Source of the DNA: Octopus vulgaris | Lineage: Eukaryota | NCBI GenBank assembly: GCA_951406725.2 | Contig: OX597839.1 | Coordinates: 2,604,001 to 2,668,000, forward strand | Direction: 5' to 3' | DNA: 64,000 bases | Part shown: positions 10,808 to 24,550 of the stretch, piece by piece | How positions within the stretch are numbered: the first letter of the stretch is position 1 | How the letters are laid out: each line of letters starts with the position of its first letter | Notes under the pieces: model-generated | What the model saw: only the letters and a program-made list of their open reading frames with translations | Told to the model about the DNA's origin: nothing | Databases searched by the model: none | Position numbers and translations under genes: made by a program

Positions 10808-11322
10808 ATCTTATATCTTCAGCAACAACAACTAAAATATATAAAGACTGAGGTTAGCCGACAAGAAATGAATTATAAATGATTGCTATCACTAAAAACT
10901 TCTTACAAAATAGATTTTACATATCACAAATAAAACATAGTCATATGTATGTGTGTACGTATGCATGTGTGTGTGTGTATACAACTGAAAATTGGAATTA
11001 GGGAGAATTTTTTTATAATTTCAATTTCAATGTTTGATATCATTTCTCTAGAAGTATAAAAAAATAAAAATTAAAACAATAGAGAATAAATCTTTGATTA
11101 AATTATCCCCAAAAAAAGAAACAAAGACGAAAACTAAACCAGCATTTAAAAAATACTAATAATAAAAACAATAGCAATAAAAGCAAACATTATTGAATTT
11201 TTGACAGTTTGAGCTGTTTATAGTTTTTCACCAATTATCCTGAGACAAAAGTGATTTATCGAAATATATGCAGAGAAAAACCCAATTCAATTCAACAAAG
11301 CAGCAATAGTAGTATATATATG

Positions 11323-11360
<38 letters not shown>

Positions 11361-11452
11361 AGTGTGTGTCTGCATATGTATGTGTGTGTGTGTTTATATA
11401 TTTAACAGCTACATGTGACATATATATATATTTATATATGGGAGTGTATATT

Positions 11453-11494
<42 letters not shown>

Positions 11495-11590
11495 ATCATC
11501 AGGTTTGTACTAAGAGTACTTAGCTTGGTTTACCACTAAACCTCTGGCTTGAACTGCAATATATAAGCAGAGTAAAACTCTCTCTTTCTT

Positions 11591-11658
<68 letters not shown>

Positions 11659-11919
11659 TGTGTTTGTGTTGATTTCAAATTTTAGAGATCAACTCTCTTT
11701 TACATCCTTCTGAAGTTGAGCCCCAGTCAAGAGTTGTAATCAGTGTTTCCGTGTGCGTGTGTATCTATCTATATATAGATGCTGATTTCAAATTTCAATG
11801 AGGTCAACTTTGCTTGTCATCCTTCTGAAGATGATAAATAACAAGAATTTAATTTAGTTGTGTACTAAAGTCAATGCTTCTCTCTCTGTCTCTCTCGTGC
11901 GCGCATTCTTTCAGAATCA

Positions 11920-12172
11920 GTTACCACGTAAAAAGCACCATCCGTCCGTGGCCGTTTGCCAGCCTCGTCTGGAACCTGTGCGGGTGGCATGTAGAAAGCA
12001 CCCACTACACTCACGGAGTGGTTGGCGTTAGGAAGGGCATCCAGCTGTAGAAACACTGCCAGATCAGACTGGGCCTGGTGCAGCCTTCTGGCTTCCCAGA
12101 CCCCGGTTGAACCGTCCAACCCATGCTAGCATGGAAAGCGGATGCTAAATGGTGATGATGATGATGATGATG
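11920..12172 (+). mobile_element. RTE-LINE 3'-UTR remnant (family E) with (GAT)n tail
   Basis: CACTCACGGAGTGGTTGGCGTTAGGAAGGGCATCCAGCTGTAGAAAC...CCCATGCTAGCATGGAAAGCGG..(GAT)n. Confidence 0.85.
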
Positions 12173-12530
12173 AAGTCATGGAAGAACATTCACGATATCC
12201 CTTTGGCCAGAGATGGAGAGGCAGGATGATCAAGGGACCAGCATCCTCTCCTCACACAAAAGAAACTGAGATGCTACGTGAACTATTCAAAGAGAGAGTG
12301 AGCAATATGAATATGCAATACAACACAGAATGGAATTAATAATAAGATTTAACAGTTACATATTAATAATGCATTAAAAGCAAATCACCCAATGACAGTA
12401 CAGGAATACTCTAACTCCATGGTTCCCAACCAAGGTCCATAAGGTCCCTCAGGGGCCATATAAGATTTTGTTGTTAAAAGTTGTCTGCAATAAATTGGTT
12501 TTATTTCTACAATGCAGAAAATATTTTATA

Positions 12531-12690
12531 GGCGCAGGAGTGGCTGTGTAGTAAGTAGCTTGCTAACCAACCACATGGTTCCGGGTTCAGTCCCACTGTG
12601 TGGCATCTTGGGCAAGTGTCTTCTGCTATAGCCTCGGGCCGACCAATGCCTTGTGAGTGGATTTGGTAGACGGAAACTGAAAGAAGCCTG

Positions 12691-12738
<48 letters not shown>

Positions 12739-12944
12739 CTGTTTTTGTCCCCCTAGCATTGCTTGACAACCGATGCTGGTGTGTTTACGTCCCCGTCACT
12801 TAGCGGTTCGGCAAAAGAGGCCGATAGACTAAGTACTGGGCTTACAAAGAATAAGTACCGGGGTCGATTTGCTCGACTAAAGGCGGTGCTCCAGCATGGT
12901 CACAGTCAAATGACTAAAACAAGTAAAAGAGTAAAAAAAGAGTA
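12531..12944 (+). mobile_element. SINE family A, full length
   Basis: Near-identical to 7131-7555. Confidence 0.92.
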
Positions 12945-13689
12945 GTTCATGATATCCGTGGGATTGTACTGCTAATGAGTCTTTGCTCATTTATTGCCAA
13001 CAAAATGGGATGAATATGGTTGGAACAGCTTTGAACAGTACTTGAAGTGGCCCAGGGTTGAAATGAAGTTAAACAACAATCAATTGACGATGATAATGCT
13101 GGTGATGATGATCGTGATCGTGATGATGATGATGACAGTAAATGTGGTAGTGGTGATGATGATGATGATTAGGGCGACGACGATGATGGTGGTGATGACA
13201 GTGATGATGATGATGATGATGATGATGTGTTATGTAATAATTAGAAGGAAAAAAAAACAACAAAAACATGTTCATCAGGGTGGAACAACTTTCCCTTTGC
13301 TGCTGTCATTGCAGGTAGGTGGGTGGGGTGGGGTGGAGAAGTGTTGGTTAAAAAGGGATTTGTTTCATACAGCAATTATGGGGGGGGGGGGGGGAGGTGC
13401 AGTGGAGGCAGGGAGACCCTGACAGATGGGGAGTAGATGTGAGGAAGGAAGGAAGGCACGGTGTGGGAGAGAGAGAAGACGGAAGTGAAGAGAAAGAGGA
13501 AGGAAGAAAGGAAAGCAAGAGAGAGAGAGAGAGGGAGGGAGAAAGGAAGGAATGAAGGAAGGGTGCAGGGAAGAGTGGGGTAAAGAAAAGATGGAGAAGA
13601 GGAAAAACAAGTAATAAAGGAAGGCAGGAAGGAATTCAACTCCACCACTCCGCCCCCAAACCAATATCTCCATGTGACTACACCCTACC

Positions 13690-14140
13690 CCCACCGACAC
13701 TGCCATCCATGTTGCTACCCCCACCCCCACACCACTACTGCCCACGCTACTACCGCCCATGCCACTACTGCCCACACACACACCACTCACTACCCCTACA
13801 TACCACTCCCCTCACACTTGTAACTCCCCCGCCCCTCACGCTACTGCTGCCCATTCCACTACACCCACACACCACTCCACCCCATTACCTACCCTACAAC
13901 TTCCACACCACTCACTACCCCTTGCATACCACTACCCCCAAAACCTACCCCTGCCACCACACCACTACCCACCACCACCACCATGTCACTTCTCCCACAC
14001 ACATACCACTCGGTACCCCTACATACCAGTCCCACCACCACCTACACCCACACACCACTCACTACCCCTCCTGTATACCACTCCACCCCATTACCTACAC
14101 TACCACTACCCACCACCAGCACCACCACCACCACCACAAT
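13690..14140. repeat. Degenerate (CAC/CCA)-rich low-complexity tract
   Basis: Directly visible; gives the H/T/P-rich spurious ORFs. Confidence 0.8.
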
Positions 14141-14417
14141 ACACGCTGCTGTGTAGCCAAGAATTTACATAATTTCTCTCCTTTATTGACAATTTCTTCA
14201 AAAATGTTGCATCGATGAATAGAAATTACTGGGCCAAAGACAAGCAGCAAAAGTTTTTGCAACAATAATCTCCAAAGAGAATTGCTTTGGCATTGGCAAA
14301 TGTAATATTCTAATTATTCAGTGAAACCAAGATTACTGAATGCAATTTCTGCATTCGTTGCACATCACATAACAAAACAAACACAAACTAATAATAAAAT
14401 TAATAATAATAATAATA

Positions 14418-14840
14418 ATGGTTTCAAATTTCGGCACAAGGCCAGAAATTGTGCGGGAGGGACTAAATTGATTACATTGACCCAAATGCTCAGCTGATAT
14501 GTATTTTATTGACCCTGAAAGAATCAACCCCAACGGAATTTGAACTCAGAATGCACAGACAGATGAAATAAGCATTTTGCCTGCTGCGCTAACCGTTCTG
14601 CCAACTTGCTGCCTTATTAATAATAATGGTGATTTCAAATTCTGGCACAAAGCCAGCAATTTCGGCAGGGATGAGATAAGTCAATTACATCGACCCCAGT
14701 GTTTCACTGATACTTAATTTATCAACCCTGAAAGGATGGAAGGATGAAAGGCAAAGTTGACCTCAGTGGAATTTGAACTTAGAACATAAAAACGGACATT
14801 TTGCCCGGCACGAATAACGATCCTGCCAACTTGCTGTCTT
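14418..14840 (-). mobile_element. Two tandem diverged SINE family B copies
   Basis: Each has GGAATTTGAACTCAGAA (reverse-complement B box) and a TTTCAAATT..GGCACAAG end, separated by (TAA)n. Confidence 0.75.
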
Positions 14841-15503
14841 AATGATGATGATGAAGAGGAGGAGGAGAGGAGAAGGAGGAGGAGAGGAGAAGGAGGAGGA
14901 GAGGAGAAGGAGGAGGAGAAAGAGAAGAAGAAGAAGAAGAAGGAGAAGGAGAAGGAGGAGAAGAAGAAGAAGAAGAAGAAGAGTGATAATAACTATAATT
15001 TTTTTATAATGATAAAGATTTTTATGAGAAAATTGTTTTGTTAATTTTCAATTGATTTCTTTTAAATTATGCTTATTTTCTTCTGTACTGTTTTGCTGTT
15101 TTAATTAATTAATTATAAACAAAATAATATGGCTTGATGCCTTCCATTAAATATGCATGTAGGAATGGTGAAATACTTGTCTATTGTTCTGAAGCATGGA
15201 AGCAGTAAATAAATGAGGAGGAAAGCGATAAGATGTCTGTGGCAATCTATGTAATTTCTCAATGAAATTTTAAATTTATAATTCCCATTTTTCTCAGTAA
15301 AAATCTTCTTCAGATATACCTTATAAAACACCTCCTCCTTCATTCCCCATCAATTTATCATATTGATTTATTTATATTTATTTATATATTTAGTCATGTA
15401 ACAAAAAAATTTAGAAAAAGCAAAAGCTAATGTATTTCTCTAAATTCTTCATCCATCTGATCAATTCTCAATTATTTTACTGAGATTTCTTCATGCATCA
15501 ATA

Positions 15504-15549
<46 letters not shown>

Positions 15550-15943
15550 GTGTAAAAGACAAATATTCTGTTCATGTCTTGGTGTAAAAGATGGGCTACA
15601 GTAAAAATTCTGCTCAATACCACAGACTTTCTTGTCAGTTGTTTTGCCTTAAACAGTTGAGCATGCTCCTTAATAGCTGGTAATATGTTCATCTCTGATC
15701 ACAAGCAGAAGTAGTGGAAGAACATCATAATCATGTGTTGAGAGGGATTCTCTACAGTTTAAATAAGTCACTCCTGGAAATGTGCGTAACTAACTGGTAC
15801 TTAATTTATCGACCCCGAAAGGATGAAAAGCAAAGACGACCTCAGTGGAATTTGAATTCAGAACGTAACGGCAGACGAAATACTGCTAAGCATTTTGCCT
15901 GGCATGCTCATGATTCTGCCAGCTCATTGCCTCAATAATAATA

Positions 15944-16332
15944 GTACTCTCTTTACTCTTTTACTTGCTTCAGTTATTTGACTGTGGCCATGCTGGAGCA
16001 CCGCCTTTAGTCGAGCAAATCGACCCCGGCACTTATTCTTTGTAAGCCCAGTACTTATTCTATCGGTCTCTATTGCCGAACCGCTAGGTGACGAGGACGT
16101 AAACACACCAGCATTGGTTGTCAAGCAATGCTAGGGGGACAAACACACACATATATATATACATATATACGACAGGCTTCTTTCAGTTTCCGTCTACCAA
16201 ATCCACTCACAAGGCATTGGTCGGCCCGGGGCTATAGCAGAAGACACTTGCCCAAGATGCCCCGCAGTGGGACTGAACCCAGAACCATGTGGTTGGTTAG
16301 CAAGCTATTTACCACACAGCCACTCCTGCGCC
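15944..16332 (-). mobile_element. SINE family A, full length
   Basis: Reverse complement of 7131-7555. Confidence 0.92.
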
Positions 16333-16671
16333 TATGTAATAGGTGCAGTAATAGCAATAAAACAATAAAAATAATATCAATAATGATTAAGAATAATAAT
16401 AATTATCCTACAAATAGACTTAAAATACTACAGAAAAATAAAAAACTGAAACAAAACATCCCTGGATATATTTGCATTAAAAAGGAATTTTGCTACATAT
16501 TTGTGGGGGAAAAAATAAACCCCCTCTTGCCACTTTCTACACACCCAGGAATAATTCTCACAAGAAAACAACGAACAAAAGGGTTTGTGTGAGACTCCAG
16601 CAGAAAAATAACAGTATATTATTATTATTGTTGTTGTTTTTTACATTTTTATTATTTTTCTTCTGAGAGAA

Positions 16672-16711
<40 letters not shown>

Positions 16712-16960
16712 TGTGCGTTTAATTTATTGGTAAGCTGTCCAAAGGAAGCATGCCAAGGTTATAATTTCCGATGTGCTCCCCCTGCCACCTTCTCCTCGCT
16801 TGTTCTTCCTCGTGATCTCCACAAGTTGCTGCTACTGCTACTACTACTACTACTACTACTACTACTGTATGAAGTTGAAAGAAACAAAACCTAAGGTAAA
16901 AACATCTTTGATGATGATGATGATGGTGATGATGACAATTATGGTGATGACAATGAAAAC

Positions 16961-16997
<37 letters not shown>

Positions 16998-17244
16998 AAT
17001 GATGATTTCTAATTTGGAAGAAGACGAAGTGATTGATTTTGCCGACGTCCCACCTCACACCCAAGTACTCAACTGGTACTTCTTGGTATTGATCCAGAAA
17101 GGACAAACGGCAAAGCTCACTAAAGTAGTAGTTGATCTCAAAACAAAAAAAATTTAAATAAAATAAAAAATCCAAAAGAAATACCACAAGGTATTTTTGT
17201 CTGGTATTCTAATGACTCTGCCAAGTCAATGCCTTAATAATAAC

Positions 17245-17322
17245 CTTTTTTTATTATAGGCACAAGGCCTGAAATTTGGAGCGGGGAAGGGGGCAGTCGA
17301 TCTCCACAAGTTGCTGCTACTG

Positions 17323-17354
<32 letters not shown>

Positions 17355-17509
17355 GCTCAACTGGTACTTATTTTAACAACCCCAAAGAGATTAAGGGCAA
17401 AGTCAACGTCAGTGGAATTTGAACTCAGAATATGTAAAAACGGCCGAAATGCCGAAATGTTGTACTAACGATTCTGCCAGCTCAACGCCTTAACAACAAC
17501 AACAATAAC

Positions 17510-17540
<31 letters not shown>

Positions 17541-17750
17541 GTATAAAATTTTGGCACAGGGCCAGTTATTTAGGGGGAGGAGTAAATTGATTATATGGAC
17601 CCCAGTCTTCAACTGGTACTGGTACTTATTTCACTGACCTGTAAAGGATGAAAAGCAAAGTCAACCTCAATGGAATTTGAACTCAGAACATAAACACAGA
17701 CGATATGCCTCTAAGCATTTTGCCTGGTGTACTAACAATTCTACCAGCTC
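17245..17750 (-). mobile_element. Two tandem diverged SINE family B copies
   Basis: Repeated CAACTGGTACT...GGAATTTGAACTCAGAA...CCAGCTC blocks. Confidence 0.7.
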
Positions 17751-18041
17751 AAAATATAGGCATAAGGCCAGCAGTGCAGAGCAGAAGAACCAAGATCTTG
17801 CTTGGGAGCATCAATGATACTAAGCACTGCTCAAAGAAAGAGCAATAACTGGCTGAAGGAACAGAAATTTGATGATAGCCAATTGACAGCTGATGGAGAA
17901 AGTGTGTGTGTGTGTGTGTGTGTGCTGTGCATGCATGTATGTATGTTTCGATGATGATGATACACAACACACACAATTTCACAAACATACAGAGGTAGAT
18001 ATATACACATACGTATGTACTTATATATATGTATACACACA

Positions 18042-18261
18042 GGCGGCGAGCTGGCAGAAACGGTAGCACGCTGGGCGAAATGCGTAGCCGTATTTTGTCT
18101 GCCATTACGTTCTGAGTTCAAATTCCGCCGAGGTTGACTTTGCCTTTCATCCTTTCGGGGTCGATAAATTAAGTACCAGTTACGCGCTGGGGTCGATATA
18201 ATCGACTTAATCCGTTTGTCTGTCCCCTCTGTGTTTAGCCCCTTGTGGGTAGTAAAGAAAT
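18042..18261 (+). mobile_element. tRNA-derived SINE family B, full length (central domain resembling Meta/MESC-type SINE domains)
   Basis: GGCGGCGAGCTGGCAGAAAC head, GAGTTCAAATTCC B box, GCCTTTCATCCTTTCGGGGTCGATAAATTAAGTACCAG central motif and GCCCCTTGTGGGTAGTAAAGAAAT tail. The domain assignment is from memory. Confidence 0.9.
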
Positions 18262-18358
18262 ATATATATATGTATACACACACTGACATATACACATACA
18301 TAAGCTCACATTATACATAAATACGCTTCCACACACATGTAGAGACATATTTACATAC

Positions 18359-18760
18359 ACATGTGGCTCAGTGGTTAGAGCATCAAGCTTATGATCGTGA
18401 GGTTGTGAGTTCGAAACCAACCACATGGTTCCGGGTTCAGTCCCACTGCATGGCATCTTGGGCAAGTGTCTTCTGCTATAGCCCTGGGCCGACCAATGCC
18501 TTGTGAGTGGATTTAATAGACGGAAACTGAAAGAAGCCTGTCGTATATATATATATGTGTGTGTTTGTCCCCCTAGCATTGCTTGATAACTGATGCTGGT
18601 GTGTTTATGTCCCCGTCACTTAGCGGTTTGGCAAAAGAGACCGATAGAATAAGTACTGGGCTTACAAAGAATAAGTCCTGGGGTCGAGTTGCTCAATTAA
18701 AGGCAATGCTCCAGCATGGCCGCAGTCAAATGACTGAAACAATTAAAAGAGTAAAAGAGT
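18359..18760 (+). mobile_element. SINE family A body preceded by a different tRNA-like head
   Basis: TGGCTCAGTGGTTAGAGC...GAGTTCGAAA (18364-18416) is joined directly to CCAACCACATGG of family A. Confidence 0.75.
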
Positions 18761-18761
18761 A

Positions 18762-18795
<34 letters not shown>

Positions 18796-19273
18796 CTACA
18801 TACATACTCATACATACATATATACATATGCAATATCAGACACACACACATACACAAGGCAGATTCTTAATATAGGTAGAACAAGGTAGAAAATAAATTC
18901 AATTAATAACACAAACATATGTTGTTGGCCCCAAATAAACCTATTAACTCCATTGAAGTTAAATGAGTTGTTTCAAGACAACTACAGCAACATCACGGTT
19001 TGACATATATTAAGTATAAGAATAGCAGGAATTCATCAGCATCTCTGTCCGAAAAGATTTTGAAAATTGTCCAAGCAGCATAGTCTTCTTGCTTTTCATG
19101 TTCCATCAAAAATGGAAATAAACATTTGTCTTCTAATAAGCTACAAAGTTTTCTATTCAAGGCAGAGGTTATTTGCCAAATTAATTGAAAAGTTCATATA
19201 TATATATATTTATTTTATTTTATTTTATTTTATTTTATCTAGTTTCAGCTCACGAGCTGTGGCCACGCTGGGG

Positions 19274-19314
<41 letters not shown>

Positions 19315-19318
<4 letters not shown>

Positions 19319-19544
19319 CTTTACTACCCACAAGGGGCTAAACACAGAGGGGACAAACAAGGACAGACAAAGGGATTAAGTCGACTACATCGACCCCAGT
19401 GCGTAACTGGTACTTAATTTATCGACCCCGAAAGGATGAAAGGCAAAGTCGACCTCGGCGGAATTTGAACTCGGAACGTAACGACAGACGAAATACGGCT
19501 ACGAATTTCGCCCGGCGTGCTAACGTTTCTACCAGCTCGCCGCC
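19315..19544 (-). mobile_element. SINE family B, full length
   Basis: Reverse complement of 18042-18261. Confidence 0.9.
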
Positions 19545-19566
19545 TTATATATATATATATATATAG

Positions 19567-19967
19567 GGGCAGGTGTGGCTGTGTTTTTAGAAGTTTTATT
19601 TCGGCAACCACATGGTTCTGAGTTCAGTCCCACTGCATGGCACCTTGGGCAAGTTTCTTCTGCTATAGCCTCGGGCCAACCAAAGCCTTGTGAGTGGATT
19701 TGGTAGATGGAAACTGGAAGAAGCCCATTGTAGAGATATATATATGTGTGTGTGTGTGTGCATGTCTTTGTGTCTGTGTTTGTCCCTCACCACTGCTTGA
19801 CAATCGTTGTTGGTGTGTTCACATTCCTGTAACTTAACGATTCAGCAAAAGGGGCCAATAGAATAAAGACTAGGCTCAAAAAAAAAGTAAGTCGTAGGGA
19901 TGATTTGTTTGACTAAAACCCTTCAAGGCAGTGCCCCAGCATGGCAGCAGTCAAATGACTGAAACAA
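19567..19967 (+). mobile_element. SINE family A, diverged copy
   Basis: Collinear with family A. Confidence 0.8.
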
Positions 19968-19987
19968 GATTTACATATACATTTTGC

Positions 19988-20175
19988 CATGATAGACCGC
20001 TAGCCACTATACCTTTTTCTATTTTCTCTCCCTGTTTATTTCTGTGTTCCTTTCTGTTGAAGAGCATAGGCTCAAAACGTAAAAGACTTTCTCACTTCCC
20101 AAGCGTTAAACTAATACATCTGTTTGTTGTTTACACACCTGTCTTTATCTTTTGTTTTTCTGTAAATTCTCATTA
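19988..20175 (+). mobile_element. Pyrimidine-rich PLE-terminus-like repeat with hammerhead-like motif (20050-20085)
   Basis: CTTT-CTGTTGA-A-GAGC-atag-GCTC-AAAAC-GTA-AAAG; same family as 57133-57280 and the fragment at 1976-2020. Confidence 0.65.
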
Positions 20176-20229
20176 TATATAGGTGCAGGTCTGGCTGTGA
20201 GGTAAGAAGCTTACTTAACAACCACATGG

Positions 20230-20890
20230 TTCCTCTCATCCAAAAGGATGAAAGTCGACCTCGGTGGAATTTGAACCCAGAATGTAAACACGGGCAAAAT
20301 ACCGCCAAGTCAATTAGATCAACCCTAGTACACAACTGCTACTTAATTTATCGACCCCCAAAAGGAAGAAAGGCAAAGTTAACCTCGGCAGAATTTGAAC
20401 TCAGAACGTAGTGATGGGCGAAATATTGCTAAGAATTTCACTCGGTGTGCTAACAATTCTGCCAGCACGATGCCTTAATAATAATAATAATAATAATAAT
20501 AATGGTTTCAAATTTTGCCACAAGGGCAATAATTTTGTGGGAGGGGATGAATCGATTACAATGTTCAACTGGTACTTATATTATCGACCCCGAAAGGATT
20601 AAAGGCAAAGTTGACCTCAGCCGAATTTGAACTCAGAACGTAGTGACAGGCAAAATACCTATTTCTTTACTACCCACAAGGGGCTAAACACAGAGGGGAC
20701 AAACAAGGACAGACAAATGGATTAAGTCGATTATATCAACCCCAGTGTGCAACTGGTACTTATTTAATCGACCCCGAAAGGATGAAAGGCAAAGTCGACT
20801 TCGGTGGAATTTGAACTCAGAACGTAGCGGCAGACGAAATATCGCTAAGCATTTCGCCCGGTGTGCTAACGATTCTGCCAGCTTGCCGCC
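20230..20890 (-). mobile_element. Cluster of three to four SINE family B copies (youngest 20661-20890)
   Basis: Repeated GGATGAAAGGCAAAGT.GAC.TCGG.GGAATTTGAACTCAGAACG blocks. Confidence 0.85.
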
Positions 20891-22445
20891 TTGATGATGA
20901 TGATAAGCATATTTCTCTGTCATTATCACTTTTTTTAGTGTATTCAGTTATCTGACGCATCCATGAAGATACTTGCTAACCAGAAACACATTTATCTAGT
21001 CTTCTTTGTGTTTTTCAAATGTTATCTCAAGTCAAACCTCTGCAAAGATCAATCAATCAACACCCACACAAAGTACTGACTACTGTTTGCTTCTATGAAC
21101 CGGTAACCCTCCCCGTTGCTTTCACACACACACGAGACAGTCCACACATACATACACAAGCCAGCATCTACAGTATCATACTACCTGCAAAAGCCTTCTG
21201 GTGCTGTCATACAAAATCTCTCATTTTTGGGATCGTCCATGCTTCAATAAGTTCTAACCTAATCGTTGTCATCAACATCATCATTAGGACCTTCACCATC
21301 ATCATCATCATTATCAGCACTATGATTATCATCACCCTCATTACCACAACTATCAGTATCATCATCACCATCATCACCATCACCACATGATCATCATCAC
21401 CATCATCACCACTATCCTCATCATTACCACCACTATCATAACAACTATCATCACCACCATAATTACCACCACCACCACCACCATCATCATCACCACAACT
21501 GTTATCACCACCACTACCATCATCATCATCATCATCATCATCATCATTTTATATAAGATCATTTTTGTTGTTGTTGTTGTTGTTTTTCTTAGCTGAAGTG
21601 CAGTCTGGTAGGAAAGGACATATTCCAGGAATAAGACACCTGATGATGATTGGAGATAAAACTATAACTGATCACAGCATGGAGCCAAAGAGATGAATAG
21701 TGAAATATCGTCTCTAACGATGAGGTTAATTAGTTCAAAAAATTATATAATCTAATTAACAGAAACTCATTTCAGACACTTAACCATATAATTATATTAC
21801 TCTCTCTCGCTCTCTCTCTCTCTCTCTCCCTCTTTCCTTTATTAAATACTTCAACACACACACACATGCACATGCAGGCATACACGTACACAATCATTAT
21901 CACCATAATCATCACCATCTTCAACACCACTACTACCTTCAACATCATCATCATCGTCATAGATTTTACATCTGATTTTTCCATGCTAGCATGGGTTGAA
22001 TGAGACCCATTGAGCTAGTCTTCTAATATTCTACAGCCAGCAGTCCTTTCTATTGCCAGTGTTTCCCTATCCTCAAGTAATATTTGTACTCAACTGTCCT
22101 CAACAAGATAAAAGAACGAACAAAACTGCCAAGCTACAGGACATTATTTAACACATTAGCATTTAAATCAGCCATATCCGGTCCAGATATTCTACCTGTT
22201 TTATTTTCAAACTGGCCAGATCCAGCCTCTCACACCTGCCCTCAAACGTCATTCTATTAACAGTCGCATCATCAAAATCTTAAGGCTATGTAATAAAGCA
22301 TGGTTAATTCAAAACACTGTGATAGGTTGGGGCTCTCTATCATGGTAATGTGAGCTGAGAAAGGTGAGGCTATTGTGCCAATCCAGAAACCGGTCCATGT
22401 GAGTCTAAATAATTATATATATATATGAGAGAGAGAGAAAGTGAG

Positions 22446-22780
22446 AGGTGCAGGAGTGGCTGTATGGTAAGTAGCCTGCTTACCAACAACATAGTTCTGG
22501 GTTCAGTCCTACTGCGTGACACCTTGGGCCAACACCGGTTGTCAAGCAATGTTGTAGGGACAAACACAGACACATAGACATATACACACACACAGACATA
22601 TATATATACATATACATATATATACAATGGGCTTCTTTCAGTTTCCGTCTACCAAATCCACTCACAAGGCTTTGGTCGGCCCGAGGCTATAGTAGAAGAC
22701 ACTTGCCCAAGGTGCCATGCAGTGGGACTGAACCTGGAACCACGTGGTTCATAAGCAAGCTACTTACCACACAGCCACTT
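22446..22780. mobile_element. Tail-to-tail pair of truncated SINE A copies
   Basis: The + head (22446-22531) directly abuts a - copy (22532-22780). Confidence 0.75.
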
Positions 22781-22992
22781 CATTTTTATGTAATTTTGGA
22801 AATATATCTGTTAAAATGAGATGTTAATCAGTGTTATTTTCCTTTTTGCATAATTTATATGACAGTGTATTCACTGCACCCTCTCTTGTGTGCGTGTGTG
22901 TGTGTAGATATATATATATATAGACATATATGTATGCATATATATATATATATATATATATAGACATATATGTATGCATATATATATATGTA

Positions 22993-23029
<37 letters not shown>

Positions 23030-23041
<12 letters not shown>

Positions 23042-23418
23042 CTGAAGTTGTCTGTGTATGGCAGGTTTGGTAGCCTTCAACTAACACTATCTCCTCCAAG
23101 ACCCTGCGGCGCAAGTTCACCAAAACTGAGAGTATGATAGAAGAAGGCTTCCTCTTCCTTCCGTTGAAGAAAAAATTCAAACTGGACCATGTGAACACCA
23201 AAAATTATTTACATTAAAAAGGTGATTTTTTTTCTATGAAAATCCCTATTTTTTAACGATTTTTTTTATTGCTGTGTCGCCATTTTTTGGTGTATTTCAA
23301 CCAGAAAAACGTTCACTTAAAGAGAATAACAAGCTACATAATGCAAAATTTTTACTTTTCAAAAATTCCAATTCTAAAGGGTCGAAACAAACCCAAGCAA
23401 CGCCGGGCGATACTGCTA

Positions 23419-23419
<1 letters not shown>
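23030..23419 (+). mobile_element. Non-autonomous Helitron
   Basis: Ends in a hairpin CCCAAGCAACGCCGGG followed by CTAG|T; highly similar to 32888-33290. Confidence 0.8.
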
Positions 23420-23458
<39 letters not shown>

Positions 23459-24339
23459 ATATATATATATATGTGTATATATATATATAGTGCATCTAAT
23501 TGTTATATCTATTTGAAACCAATTTGACACATCTGATTACGTAACATTCTCTAAATGTCATCACACCTGCTGTTATGAACACAGGGTGACCAGCTGACTA
23601 ACCAGCGAATCTCTCAGTGGTTCTGTGTACAATTTAGGTGGAACAGAACAACTTGATGAATGACAGCAATGAAAGAAATAAAGCCACAAATGAGGAATTT
23701 GTCAAATTTTTTCATTGAAATTTTTCAGCTCTTATGTAATAAAAAAAATGTAGGAAAATAATTAAATGTAAATACAGAATTCTTTTCAAACTCTTTAATT
23801 TTTGTTCTATTATTTTTAGTTTTTTAATATATATTTATTTTCCCTACATTATCAAACATGCAGGTGTGGATGTGTGGATAAGGAGCTTGCTTTCCAACTA
23901 CGTGGTCCTGATTTCAGTTTCACTGCATGAAACCTTGGGGCAAGGGTCTTCTACAACAACCCCAGGTAGACCAAACCCTTGTGAATGGATTTGGTGCGTG
24001 AAAACTAAAAGTATATGAATGTGTGTGTGTGTGTGTGTGTAAATATATATATATATAGGCACAGGTGTAACTGTGTGGTAAGAAGCTTGCTTCCAAACCA
24101 CATGGTTCTTGGTTCACTCCCACTGCATGGCACCATGGGCAAGTATTTTCTACTATAGCCTCAAGCTGACCAAAGCATTGTGAGTGGATTTGGTAGACGG
24201 AAACTGAAAGAAGCCTATCACACATGGCATCCAGTCCAGCTGGGGAGAACACATACGTCACAGAAACCGGGAAACTGGGCCCATGAGCCTGGCTAGGCTT
24301 GAAAAGGGTGACGTTTATAAAACTATGCCAAAACTGATC

Positions 24340-24550
24340 TTGCCTGTGCTGGTGCCACATAAAAAGCACTCAGCCCATTCTGCAGAGTGGTTGGTGCCAG
24401 GAAGGGCATCCAGCCATAAAAAAAAAACCATGTCAAAACAGATACAGAAGTATGGTGCAGGTTTCTTGCCTGGTCAGCTCCTGTCAAACCATTCAACCCA
24501 TGCTAGCATGGAAGGAGGGTGTTAAATGATGATGATGATGATTATGATGT
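24340..24550 (+). mobile_element. RTE-LINE 3'-UTR remnant (family E)
   Basis: GTGCTGGTGCCACATAAAAAGCAC...GAAGGGCATCCAGC...CCCATGCTAGCATGG..(GAT)n. Confidence 0.75.

Noticed and set aside
12142-12339. 65-aa ORF with ordinary composition
   Set aside because: Starts in an RTE (GAT)n tail; no splice signals or recognisable motif.
21633-21715. AAGACACCTGATGA...GAAATATC possible further hammerhead
   Set aside because: Similarity to 8805-8825 is short and I cannot form a convincing stem II.
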